Of a stretch of DNA of 64,000 nucleotides, positions 1 to 9,459 are shown in pieces (the first letter of the stretch is position 1; each line of letters opens with the position of its first letter). The position numbers were made by a program, and so were the translations under genes. The stretch is taken from contig JBNRMN010000073.1 in NCBI GenBank assembly GCA_050309605.1, positions 1-64,000 on the forward strand, written 5' to 3'. Under the pieces are notes generated by a model. That model searched no databases. It saw only the letters and a list, made by a program, of their open reading frames with translations, and was not told where the DNA came from. The stretch is from Anaerohalosphaeraceae bacterium. GTDB lineage: Bacteria > Planctomycetota > Phycisphaerae > Sedimentisphaerales > Anaerohalosphaeraceae.

Positions 1-1
1 C

Positions 2-1554
2 GTAAGATTTTAGCCATTTGAAGCAGTGAACTCTTTCAATGCCGGCAGCTGGCCGGTTTTGAGATAGATTTTCAGCGCCTCTTTTACTGTATTCACGGGG
101 TTTAATCCGCGTTGTTTGAGCGTAAAAAACACACTCATCAGCACCGACTGCGTCGAGGCCCCTTTTTCACTGCGATTGTTAAAGCTGTTTTTTCGCATAA
201 TCACCGCACCGCGAATACTGCGTTCGCCAAAATTGTTTTCAAACGGCACCTCCGCATGATGCAAAAACGTCAGCACCTCGGCCTGATGGCGAATCAGCCG
301 TTTCAGGAGGCGTTTAGCCTCTTTGTTCGACCAGCCATGTGACAGAATCAACTGCAATCGCTTTTCCATCCGCTCGCACCGCCGCTGATAGGTGGCCGCT
401 TCCAACTCATCTTTAGACTTCCGCAGCCGGATCGCATCCCGGATCAGTCGTTTGAGCTTCTTGCTGAACGCCGGCCAGTCGCCGCCGTGGTCTTTGTATT
501 GGGCGACCCGTTCCAACTCCCGCAACAGATGCACCAGGCACTTCTGTTTGGCGCAGGTCAGCACATTGTAAGCGTACCAGAAGTCGCTGACAAACACCCC
601 GTCAAAACAGTCTTTGATAAACTGCAACACCACCGGCCCGGCGCGGGACCGCTCAATCGTAAAGATCGTCGCTGTTTTGCTGGTAAAGCACCACAGCCAG
701 TGTGTTTTTCCGTTGACCCGCCAGCCGGTCTCGTCGCCGTGCAAAACCCCGGCCTGTTGAATGTCTTCGGTAATTTCTTCATACCACGCCAGCAGGATAT
801 CCGCCAGCCGATGCCACATCTGCACCAGTCCGCCGGCCGACATCTGAAACTGAAGGTGAAAGTTAAACACCGACAGAATCTGCGAAATCGTATTGCCCAG
901 GGCATAATGCAGCCAGGCGCTTAAGACCAGTATCCCGTTGCCGATGGAACTGCTGGGCAAGGCCTCGGTGATGACCGGCTCGACGGCCTTACGGCAGGCC
1001 GGACACCAGTCCCGATGAATGATGTGCCGGACGGTCTCTACACGCACCTCGGCGGGCACATCTTCGATATAGCGATCCCGCTGCTGCGTACACCGTTTCA
1101 GAGAGCCGCCGCAGTCCGGGCAACAGTCCGCGCGATGCTCCACCGTCCGGTCAATCTGCTCCGGGCGACCCCGGCGAGCCCCGGCGTGGCCTTTTTTACG
1201 TCCCGGCCGTTTGCCGCGCTTGCCAGTACCCTTGCTGTCCTTGGTGAACACCGGCTTCTGAGCCGACGGCGTCGAAGGATCCGCCGCAATTGCCGCAGGC
1301 AGATTATTTCGTTCGGCCAGCATCTGGGCCTGTTTGAGCAAAGCAAACACAACCGCTTCTTTGCCTTGCTCAAAGATCAACTCAGCCTGGTATTTCGTCA
1401 GGCCAGGCCCCAGCGGCACACCGTCAGGGACAGATTGTTCCGTGCGTTGTTTCATTACACGAAACAATACTCAAAATACAGGATGGCGCAAGTCTAAAAT
1501 ATGAATTTTTCAAAGAATTTTTAAAATTTTTGCTTCAAACGGCTAAAATCTTAC
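2..1554 (-). mobile_element. IS66-family insertion sequence (single-ORF, ISBst12-like group), complete
   Basis: 24-bp terminal inverted repeats beginning GTAA: 2-25 GTAAGATTTTAGCCATTTGAAGCA versus the reverse complement of 1531-1554 (1 mismatch). They enclose one transposase ORF; no tnpA/tnpB. Confidence 0.93.
10..1452 (-). CDS. IS66-family DDE transposase
   Basis: PSTPS...GRKKGH, zinc finger CPDCG...CPAC, DETGW, SDF, CLVHLLRE and NNFGERSIR motifs. Stop codon lies inside the terminal repeat. Start ATG 1452 (ORF open to 1467). Confidence 0.93.
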   Translation of the reverse strand, partial: KQRTEQSVPDGVPLGPGLTKYQAELIFEQGKEAVVFALLKQAQMLAERNNLPAAIAADPSTPSAQKPVFTKDSKGTGKRGKRPGRKKGHAGARRGRPEQIDRTVEHRADCCPDCGGSLKRCTQQRDRYIEDVPAEVRVETVRHIIHRDWCPACRKAVEPVITEALPSSSIGNGILVLSAWLHYALGNTISQILSVFNFHLQFQMSAGGLVQMWHRLADILLAWYEEITEDIQQAGVLHGDETGWRVNGKTHWLWCFTSKTATIFTIERSRAGPVVLQFIKDCFDGVFVSDFWYAYNVLTCAKQKCLVHLLRELERVAQYKDHGGDWPAFSKKLKRLIRDAIRLRKSKDELEAATYQRRCERMEKRLQLILSHGWSNKEAKRLLKRLIRHQAEVLTFLHHAEVPFENNFGERSIRGAVIMRKNSFNNRSEKGASTQSVLMSVFFTLKQRGLNPVNTVKEALKIYLKTGQLPALKEFTASNG

Positions 1555-1556
1555 CT

Positions 1557-2432
1557 TCATTCAAACAATGGCGAAAGCCGCTGGTGTGTTTTCGGATCAA
1601 TTGCGTCCGGTTTAGTCCACACCGCCAGTTCAAGACTCTTGCGACAGGCGCAGTTTTCATCGCACAAAGCGTTGTCGGACTGGAGCGTTTTTTCAATCAG
1701 GGCGGCGGCGTTTTGTGTCGCCTGATTCAGATTGCCGATAATCTCCTGCAGAAGCGTCTGTTTTTCGACAGTTGAATCGTGCTCGCGCCAGCAGTCGTAA
1801 TCGCTGACCAGTGCCACCAGCGAATAACACATTTGCGCCTCGCGGGCCAGCTTGGCTTCGGGCAGGGCGGTCATCCCGATTACATCGCCGCCCCAGGTCC
1901 GATGCATCAGCGATTCGGCCCGCGTGGAAAACTGCGGCCCTTCCATACACACATACGTCCCGTCGGAGTGGGTAACGGTCTGGATTGATTCGGCCGCGAC
2001 CATCAGGCGTTCACGCAGACGCGCACAGCACGGCTCGGAAAACTCTGCGTGGACTGCCCCCAAATCATCAAAAAAAGTAGTCTGCCGACGCCAGGTCTTG
2101 TCGATGAATTGATCCGGCAAGACCAAATGGCCGGGATGGATGGTTTCGCGCAGCGAGCCAACCGCGCCGCTGGCGATGACCGTTGTAACACCGAGCGATT
2201 TGAGGGCAAAGAGATTGGCCGCGTACGGCACCCGGCTGGGACTGAAACGATGTCCTGTTCCGTGGCGGTTCAGGAAGGCCACTCGATGTGCGCCGATCCT
2301 GCCGAGCAGTACCGGTGCGCTCGGCCTGCCGAAAGGCGTGTCCATCTCTTTGGACACGGCATCCTGGATTTGTTCGGCAAGGGCATCGCCCAGCCCCGTG
2401 CCGCCGATAAGGCCGATCATGGGATTTTTCAT
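1557..2432 (-). CDS. mtnP: S-methyl-5'-thioadenosine phosphorylase
   Basis: GLIGGTG, TPFGRPS, RHG..H, EGPQFSTRAES, GMT..PEAKLAREA and SDYDCW motifs. Confidence 0.93.
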   Translation of the reverse strand: MKNPMIGLIGGTGLGDALAEQIQDAVSKEMDTPFGRPSAPVLLGRIGAHRVAFLNRHGTGHRFSPSRVPYAANLFALKSLGVTTVIASGAVGSLRETIHPGHLVLPDQFIDKTWRRQTTFFDDLGAVHAEFSEPCCARLRERLMVAAESIQTVTHSDGTYVCMEGPQFSTRAESLMHRTWGGDVIGMTALPEAKLAREAQMCYSLVALVSDYDCWREHDSTVEKQTLLQEIIGNLNQATQNAAALIEKTLQSDNALCDENCACRKSLELAVWTKPDAIDPKTHQRLSPLFE

Positions 2433-2493
2433 CTTGTGTTCTCCAATTCGTCTTATGAGCCTTCCGATGTCGGATTATATCGGTCATGTCCCC

Positions 2494-2531
2494 AAAAAAC
2501 AAGCCGTCGATACCCAGGTATCGACGGCTTG
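2494..2531 (-). terminator. Rho-independent terminator downstream of the omcB-like gene
   Basis: Perfect 14-bp stem (2500-2513/2518-2531), 4-nt loop, T6 tract on the minus strand. Confidence 0.85.
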
Positions 2532-2553
2532 CATTAAACTTCTCAAATCGTGT

Positions 2554-4092
2554 TTATTCGAAGAACCGTGTCGCTTCTGTTTCCATTACTTCGCGCTGCA
2601 GTTCTCCTGTATTCATTACAACACGGAAGCGGGCATCATCGGGCTTGACCGCCTTGACTACCACACGCCATTCGGCTTTTGCGCCTGGGGCCAGCGATGC
2701 CAGCGGTTCGAACGTCACTACACCGTTGGCGTAGGAGCCTCGTGTTGCGCCGCTGTTGGAGACGTACTCCATTGAATCCTCAAGATAAGCCTGGATTCGA
2801 ATGTTGGTGTCCGGCGCGGAACCCTGGTTGGTAACGACAATCACGTAGGTCTCGTTCCGACCGACCTCAATCGGGTCTTCCAGATCGATCACTTCCAGCA
2901 GCACGGCCGGGATACCTTCGATCCGGGTGGCTGCGGCGGCGGCGACCGCCTCGGCACAAACCGCCGTGGCGCGGGCTTCGTTGCGATAGTTCCCCGCAGA
3001 CGTCGGGCGATAGCTGACGGTCAGCTTGCGGCTGGCATCAGGCGCCAAGGTGCCCAGATTCCAGGTGATCCGTCCGGCGGCAACCTGCCCGTTGTGGCTG
3101 ACCTGGACTTGATCGACATTGGCCGGGATGCTATCGGTAACGACCGTTTCGGTGGCCGGTGCATTGCCTTTATTGGTCACGACAATGTCATAGGAAATCG
3201 TACGGCCGAGCCAGTCGCGTTCCGGACCGGTCTTCTCGACCGTCAGTACCGGCTGAGTGACGACCGTGCGGGTTTCGCCGGATTCGGCTTTCAGATCGCC
3301 GTCGGCGACTGCCGTTGCGGTATTGGTATAGCTGCCGGTCTTGTCGGCGCGAACAATCACGGTTCGGCTGACGGACTGACCGGGCGCCAGATTCCCCAGT
3401 GTCAGATCAATGGCGGTTCTGCCGTCGGCGGTTTTGAGACCCTCAGGAAGCCGATCCGACAGCTTGACGTTGGTTGCCGTGCCGGTTCCCTTGTTGGTAA
3501 CGGTAAACTGCAACGGGATATTGTCGCAAATCAGTACACGTTCCGGGGCCGTCTTGACCAGCGCCAGCGCCGGCTGTACGACTTCGGTCTGGGCACAGGC
3601 GGGAATGATGTAGGTGACATCGGCACAGGTTTGAATCGTACCTACCCGTTCAGCGGTTCCGACAACGACGATTTTTTCCGACGCCTTGGGACCCAGGGAA
3701 TCCATCGTCCAGGATAATGTCCGGCCGTCCAGTTTTCCGGCGGGTGTGGAACGCTGATACTTGAATCCATCCGGCAGATTTTCCTTGATGACGACCTGAT
3801 GAAGCATCATATCCGTCAGATTGGTTGCTGTGATCGTATATTCGAACGGCTGGTTGAGCTGTACCTTTTCGGGCATCAGCTTTTCAAGTTTGACCGCTCC
3901 GCAACAGGAACAATCATAGGTTCGAATCACATGATTGGGGCCTCTGGACAAAACCGGCGCCGGCGCCGGCGCGGGAGCGGGAGCCGGTTCTCTTACCACT
4001 GGCTGCGGTTCGGGGTCACAGTCGCCCTGAAGACATGCGCAGCCCGACATAAATAACCCCATCACTGCACACACAAAAAGTAGTTTTCTCAT
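2554..4092 (-). CDS. OmcB-like lipoprotein with repeated DUF11 Ig-like domains
   Basis: Signal peptide with lipobox (FMSGC), Pro-Ala linker, four repeats of 'Y.I.VTN.G...AT.V...D.LP....W.LG.LAPG'. GGAG RBS before ATG 4092. Confidence 0.8.
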   Translation of the reverse strand: MRKLLFVCAVMGLFMSGCACLQGDCDPEPQPVVREPAPAPAPAPAPVLSRGPNHVIRTYDCSCCGAVKLEKLMPEKVQLNQPFEYTITATNLTDMMLHQVVIKENLPDGFKYQRSTPAGKLDGRTLSWTMDSLGPKASEKIVVVGTAERVGTIQTCADVTYIIPACAQTEVVQPALALVKTAPERVLICDNIPLQFTVTNKGTGTATNVKLSDRLPEGLKTADGRTAIDLTLGNLAPGQSVSRTVIVRADKTGSYTNTATAVADGDLKAESGETRTVVTQPVLTVEKTGPERDWLGRTISYDIVVTNKGNAPATETVVTDSIPANVDQVQVSHNGQVAAGRITWNLGTLAPDASRKLTVSYRPTSAGNYRNEARATAVCAEAVAAAAATRIEGIPAVLLEVIDLEDPIEVGRNETYVIVVTNQGSAPDTNIRIQAYLEDSMEYVSNSGATRGSYANGVVTFEPLASLAPGAKAEWRVVVKAVKPDDARFRVVMNTGELQREVMETEATRFFE

Positions 4093-4382
4093 AAGACATC
4101 TCCGGTTAAAATTCATTCTTGACTTCCTTTCTTGACATTGCATTTGGCAAATAGAACAACTCACCTATGACGTGAAGATCATAGTGCTATCAAGGCGGGC
4201 TTTTATTTGTAATTTTCGACACATCCATGTTTTGTTTCTCCACCGCCGGAATTTTTTTAGGGCTTCCATACTTTAGCGATGCGTTAATTCCCATTAATTG
4301 TAGCCCCCTTGGGAAGTCATTGCAACTATATTTCGTCAAAAATAGTAAAAATCAAAATTACCGTTTTATGCCTGTTGAGGCC

Positions 4383-4410
4383 TTGACGCCTCCAGATGGT
4401 TCGTTACAAT
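4383..4410 (+). promoter_or_regulatory. sigma70-type promoter for rmuC
   Basis: TTGACG-N16-TACAAT. Confidence 0.55.
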
Positions 4411-4447
4411 ATCCACAATCAATTGAATTTACTGGACCTATAGCAAA

Positions 4448-5470
4448 ATGCTCGAAATTATTGCAACCATTACACTTATACTACTATTAGGCCTGCTTGT
4501 AGTATCCGGGATGCTGATTCAGTCGCTCTCGGCGGCCCGACGCGAAGCGGCCGCCCAAGGCGCTACGGTCACCCAGCTTTCCGCCCAGCTTGAGCAGGTA
4601 CGCAGCCGGCAGGATGTGCTGTCCCAAACACTCGACAGCAAGCTCAGTTCCGGCCAGGAACACCTCAATCGCTATCTGAGCGACAGCGGACGCACGCTGG
4701 GTGAACTGAAAGAGCAGATCGGCAAGCTCAAAAGCGACAGCGAACGGCTCCTTCAACTGGGCGCCGATGTGCGCAGCCTGCAGCATATCTTAACCGCTCC
4801 CAAGCTTCGCGGCCAGTTGGGCGAGCACTCGCTGGCCGGCCTGTTGCAGACCATTCTGCCGAGCGGCGGCTATCGGCTCCAGCACGGTTTTCGCAGCGGC
4901 CGCGTGGTCGATGCGCTGATTACCCTGCCCGATTACAGCGTCTCGGTCGATGCCAAATTTCCGCTGCCGAGTTTTGAGAAAATGGCCGCCGCCCAGACCG
5001 ACGACGAAAAACAGCGGCTGCGCCGACAATTCCAGGGCGACGTCATCAAGCACATCGACAAAATCGCCGCCGACTACATTCGTCCTGAAGAAGGAACGCT
5101 GGATTTTGCCCTGATGTATATCCCGGCTGAAAATGTCTATTATGAAACCGTCATTCGCTATGACAGCGACCGAACGGACCTTCTCGAACACGCCCTGGCC
5201 AAAAAGGTCATTCCCGTCTCGCCGAATCTGCTGTATGCGTATCTGATGACCATCGTGATGGGACTGCACGGGTTGCAGATCGAACAGGAAGCGGCTGCCA
5301 TTCGCGTCAAACTCCAGGAACTGGCCAAAGGACTCGGCGCCTTTCAGAGCAACTGGGATACCCTCGGCCGCCACCTGCGAAACGCCCAAAACCAATACGA
5401 CGAAGGCCACAAACGACTGACCCAATTTTCCACCCAACTCGAACTGCTCGACCGGCAACAACCCGAGTAA
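4448..5470 (+). CDS. rmuC: DNA recombination protein RmuC
   Basis: N-terminal TM plus coiled coil; PKLRGQLGE, VDAKFP, KHI..IA..YI.P.EGTLDFALMYIPAE, VSP motifs. Confidence 0.9.
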   Translation: MLEIIATITLILLLGLLVVSGMLIQSLSAARREAAAQGATVTQLSAQLEQVRSRQDVLSQTLDSKLSSGQEHLNRYLSDSGRTLGELKEQIGKLKSDSERLLQLGADVRSLQHILTAPKLRGQLGEHSLAGLLQTILPSGGYRLQHGFRSGRVVDALITLPDYSVSVDAKFPLPSFEKMAAAQTDDEKQRLRRQFQGDVIKHIDKIAADYIRPEEGTLDFALMYIPAENVYYETVIRYDSDRTDLLEHALAKKVIPVSPNLLYAYLMTIVMGLHGLQIEQEAAAIRVKLQELAKGLGAFQSNWDTLGRHLRNAQNQYDEGHKRLTQFSTQLELLDRQQPE

Positions 5471-5565
5471 AATTATAACGTGAGAGATCGTTAAGAAAAA
5501 AAAGACTGATTTACGAATCATTGAACCACGTAGGCCGCGCTAAGAGCTTCGTCGTGAAAAAATAG

Positions 5566-6963
5566 TCAACTTATTACGGTCCCTTCTGTCAGCGTCAGAC
5601 GGACCAGTTGGCCTTTTCTGAGTTTGTCGGCGTTGGGCAGGCCGGTTAGATCAACCATAAAATAGCGTTCGCAGCGTCCCTTTGGCGGGCGGGCGCTTTC
5701 GACGATGACCTCGACCGATTGGCCGACAAACTGCCGACGAAATGTTGCCTGAAGCTGCCGGTCAAGGGCTTGCAGCCGCGAGGAACGCTGCCGAATGACC
5801 GAAGCGGGCACTTTCGGCTCAAACTCCGCGGCGGGGGTGTTTTGCCGCGCACTGAAACTAAAGACGTGAATCTTGGAAAACCCCACTTGTCGCGATACCT
5901 CCAGCGTCTGTAGAAAATCCTCTTGGGTTTCCCCCGGAAAGCCCACAATGATATCAGTTGTAATAGCAGGGCGGTCAAGGGCGGCTTTGACGCGACTGAT
6001 TACATCCAGAAATTCGTCAATTGTGTACTGTCGAGCCATTTTTTTAAGAATACGTCCCGACCCCGACTGCAATGGCAGATGCAGGTGAGGTGCAATATTG
6101 GGATGCGCCCTGAAAACCTCTAAAAGCCGGTCGGTAACATCCGCCGGTTCGAGTGAGCTAAGACGCAGACGCCCCAATCCGGGCAATTGAGCCACCTGAG
6201 CAACCAGCTCGGCCAAGCTGTCCCGTAAGGCCGGATCCCAGCGCCTGCGTCGGGCCGTGGTTTGCCCGTATGCCCCGAGAAAAATTCCCGTCAGGACGAT
6301 CTCCCGATGCCCGGCGGCAATGAGATTTTGAGCCTCAGTGAGTACATTTTTTACGGCCTTGTTACAAACCTTCGTGCGGATTTTGGGTATAATACAATAG
6401 GTGCAATAGGCGTCGCATCCGTCCTGGACTTTGAGAAAGGCACGACTGTGGCCGTGGTACGAATTCAGCAAGGGCAGTCCTTGTGCGTCGCAAGCGGCAG
6501 CGTTGCGGTCACGTTGTTCTTCGAACGAATCCGTGGGGGCAATCTGTCGCGCGTTTTTAGTTTTGTCCTTGATTTTACAGGAGTTCGGTGGTTTACTAAG
6601 GTGTTGAGCATGGCTTTGATTGTGGCGGCTGAGTGTCCGTTTTAGCAAAGCCGGCAGGTGTTCTTTCTCTTTGACAATAAGGCATTTTTCGTCCAAATCG
6701 CTCAGTTCGTGTTCCTGGCCGACGGGCAGACAACCGGTAACGACCATCAAGGCGTCGGGGTTTTTGCCCAGTGCTCGGCGAACGGCTTGACGGCTTTTGG
6801 ATGAGGCGATGTGCGTTACGCAACAGGTGTTGACCACGACAACATCGGCGCGGCCGTTGGGCGGTGCGGCGATCAGGCCGGCCTGTTCGAGGCACTGACG
6901 GATTTGGCGGCTTTCGTATTGGTTGACTTTGCAGCCAAGCGTATGTAACAAAAATGTTTTCAT
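5566..6963 (-). CDS. mtaB: tRNA t6A37 methylthiotransferase MtaB
   Basis: TLGCKVNQYES, NTCCVT, radical SAM CDAYCTYC, RLRLSSLEP, TTDIIVGFPGET. Confidence 0.9.
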   Translation of the reverse strand: MKTFLLHTLGCKVNQYESRQIRQCLEQAGLIAAPPNGRADVVVVNTCCVTHIASSKSRQAVRRALGKNPDALMVVTGCLPVGQEHELSDLDEKCLIVKEKEHLPALLKRTLSRHNQSHAQHLSKPPNSCKIKDKTKNARQIAPTDSFEEQRDRNAAACDAQGLPLLNSYHGHSRAFLKVQDGCDAYCTYCIIPKIRTKVCNKAVKNVLTEAQNLIAAGHREIVLTGIFLGAYGQTTARRRRWDPALRDSLAELVAQVAQLPGLGRLRLSSLEPADVTDRLLEVFRAHPNIAPHLHLPLQSGSGRILKKMARQYTIDEFLDVISRVKAALDRPAITTDIIVGFPGETQEDFLQTLEVSRQVGFSKIHVFSFSARQNTPAAEFEPKVPASVIRQRSSRLQALDRQLQATFRRQFVGQSVEVIVESARPPKGRCERYFMVDLTGLPNADKLRKGQLVRLTLTEGTVIS

Positions 6964-7059
6964 TAAAATACTATAGCGAAAAACCGGCCTCTGATACAAG
7001 TTTTTTCGGCGGCCGGATCAGTGGTTTAACAAATTGGATTTGAACAGGAGTGTGTAGTT

Positions 7060-9447
7060 ATGGCAGCAGCACACGGCGTTTGGGCAATTGACATTGGAAC
7101 CAATGCACTCAAGGCGCTTCGGATGCACGAAGGCGAAGAAGGCCTTGAAGTGATCGGCTTTGATTATATTGAACACCGCAAAATCCTGTCTTCCGGTGAG
7201 GTGGACATGGTGGAAAGAGACGAGATTGTCGTCGATACACTGCGCAAATTCCTCACCCAAAACGACGTGGATAAAGAAGAGGTGGCCATTTCCGTTGCCG
7301 GTCAAAACAGCTTTGCCCGCTTTATCAAATTGCCCCCCGTTGAACCCAAAAAAATACCTGAAATTGTACAGTTTGAGGCCGTTCAGCAGATTCCATTTGA
7401 CATCAACGAAGTGGAATGGGACTGGCAGTTGATGGACAATCCCGAAAGCCCCGATACGGAGGTGGGGATTTTTGCAATCAAAAATGAACTGATTGCCGAA
7501 GTAATGGATCACTTTACTCATGAAAATCTGCGCGTCACCTGCGTTCAGATTTCGCCCATGGCCCTGTACAACTACGCCTGTTACGACCGCAAAGAAATCG
7601 CCAATGCACCCAACAAAGCTGTCGTCATTATGGATATGGGGGCGGAGAACACCACGCTGGTGATTTGCACGCGGGATACGGTCTGGCAGCGGAGCATCCG
7701 CATCGGCGGCAACACGTTTACGCAGGCGATTGCCGATGCATTCAAACTGAACTTCCAGAAAGCCGAAAAGCTCAAACGTACCGCTCCGGTCAGCAAATAC
7801 ATGCGGCAGATTTATACGGCCATGAAGCCGGTTTATACCGAGCTGGGCAGTGAAATCCAGCGCAGCCTGGGCTTTTACAGCAGCAGTTCGCAGGGGCGGG
7901 ACAAGACCTTCAGTCATATGATCGCCACCGGCGGCGGAACCAAGTTGCAGGGATTGGCCAAATACCTCCAGCAGACTCTGGGGATGCCGGTCGTGAAGCC
8001 GGATTCATTTGAGCAGCTCAAATTGTCGCCGGATGTGTCCAGCGCCAAATTTCATGAAAATGTCTCTGACTTTGCAGTGGTGTACGGCCTGGGCGTCCAA
8101 TTGCTGGGCCATGCACGCATTCAAACGAACCTCCTGCCGCGAAAGATCGCCCGTGCCATGGCGTGGACACAAAAGGCGCGCTTCTTGACCATTGCAGCCG
8201 GTTTTCTTGTGCTGGTCATGCTGCTGGGGTTGGGGCGGGCATTTCGCGAAAAACAGTTGTATGAAGCCAATGCGACGCCTCGAAACGAGGTCGCTTCAAT
8301 CATCCGCCAGGTGCAGGAGGTCAAAAACAAGGTCTCTGAACAGGAAGCCCGCAAATCGCCGCTGCTGGATCGTGTGGAAAAATACAAAGATATGTTTGCG
8401 TATCGCGATGTGGTACCGCGATTAAATGAGATGGTGCTTAAATGTCTGCCGAACGCGGAGAATACACCTGACCAGGCGGAACTGTTTGAGGCCTTTCAAA
8501 GCGGCGATGCGGCGACGGTGGCAAGCATTCCCCGCAACGAGCGCAAATTGGTGTTCATCACTCGGTTGATGATCGAATCGGCCGAGGATGTGTCTCAAAA
8601 GGCGTTTCCGCGTTCGGATGATTCAGCCGGACGGTATCGCACGCCGACAACGCCGACACGCGGCAGAGAGGCGGCGCCGCCGATGCCGATCGAAATGGAG
8701 AGGATGGAAATGATGCCCGGCCGCGATCCGGCCATGATGGGCCGGGGAGGCATGATGGGCACGGCGGGCACGGCTGAGCAGACGGAGGAAAACAAAACCG
8801 GTTTTGTAATGCTTATCGAAGGGTACAGTCCTTATGAACGGATCGCCGACTTGCTTGACCCGCCCGGCGTCGGCGACGATCAGAGCCGATGGGGCGTCAT
8901 TACCCGATTGAACAATCTGAGCCAACTGATGCCCGATATGCCGTTTGAATTGTTTCAAAAAGGCGATATTAACCATTTCAAGGTGGAGACCGGACGGGTT
9001 GACTTGCAGTCCTCCAATATGCCCTCCGGCATCGGCATCCTGAAAGAAGTGGAACGGGTTCCCCGCGAAGTGGTCCAGCCGACAACACGGGGCGACGGAC
9101 GCATGCCGGTGCCCATGCGGGACGGGATGATCGACATGATGGGGCGGGGCGGGGGCGACACGCGCCTGCGCGAACGCATTCTCACAGAGCAGGTGCTGGT
9201 GGATCCGATGACCCAGGAAGAAATCAGCAGAACGTATGATATTTATACGCTTGAGGATATCAACCGGGATCCTGAATTGACCGAACGCGATCTGGGACGA
9301 ATCAAACTGACGCCGTTCGGCGAACCGCGATACATCGAACGCGATCAGTGGTTCCGCATTCAGGTGAAGTTTATCTGGACCGAGGCGCCTCAGGATACGG
9401 CGGCGCCGGGCCAGGAGGCCGGTATGTATGATATGATGATATTTTAA
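7060..9447 (+). CDS. pilM: Type IV pilus assembly protein PilM with a fused TM and long C-terminal (PilN-like) region
   Basis: Actin-fold motifs IDIG, FEAVQQIPF, MDMGA, IGGNTFT, EIQRSLGFY, TGGG; then NLLP + TM helix (PilN-like N-terminus) and about 400 aa extracytoplasmic part with Met/Gly-rich tracts. Confidence 0.85.
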   Translation: MAAAHGVWAIDIGTNALKALRMHEGEEGLEVIGFDYIEHRKILSSGEVDMVERDEIVVDTLRKFLTQNDVDKEEVAISVAGQNSFARFIKLPPVEPKKIPEIVQFEAVQQIPFDINEVEWDWQLMDNPESPDTEVGIFAIKNELIAEVMDHFTHENLRVTCVQISPMALYNYACYDRKEIANAPNKAVVIMDMGAENTTLVICTRDTVWQRSIRIGGNTFTQAIADAFKLNFQKAEKLKRTAPVSKYMRQIYTAMKPVYTELGSEIQRSLGFYSSSSQGRDKTFSHMIATGGGTKLQGLAKYLQQTLGMPVVKPDSFEQLKLSPDVSSAKFHENVSDFAVVYGLGVQLLGHARIQTNLLPRKIARAMAWTQKARFLTIAAGFLVLVMLLGLGRAFREKQLYEANATPRNEVASIIRQVQEVKNKVSEQEARKSPLLDRVEKYKDMFAYRDVVPRLNEMVLKCLPNAENTPDQAELFEAFQSGDAATVASIPRNERKLVFITRLMIESAEDVSQKAFPRSDDSAGRYRTPTTPTRGREAAPPMPIEMERMEMMPGRDPAMMGRGGMMGTAGTAEQTEENKTGFVMLIEGYSPYERIADLLDPPGVGDDQSRWGVITRLNNLSQLMPDMPFELFQKGDINHFKVETGRVDLQSSNMPSGIGILKEVERVPREVVQPTTRGDGRMPVPMRDGMIDMMGRGGGDTRLRERILTEQVLVDPMTQEEISRTYDIYTLEDINRDPELTERDLGRIKLTPFGEPRYIERDQWFRIQVKFIWTEAPQDTAAPGQEAGMYDMMIF

Positions 9448-9459
9448 TCGGAGAGTACC

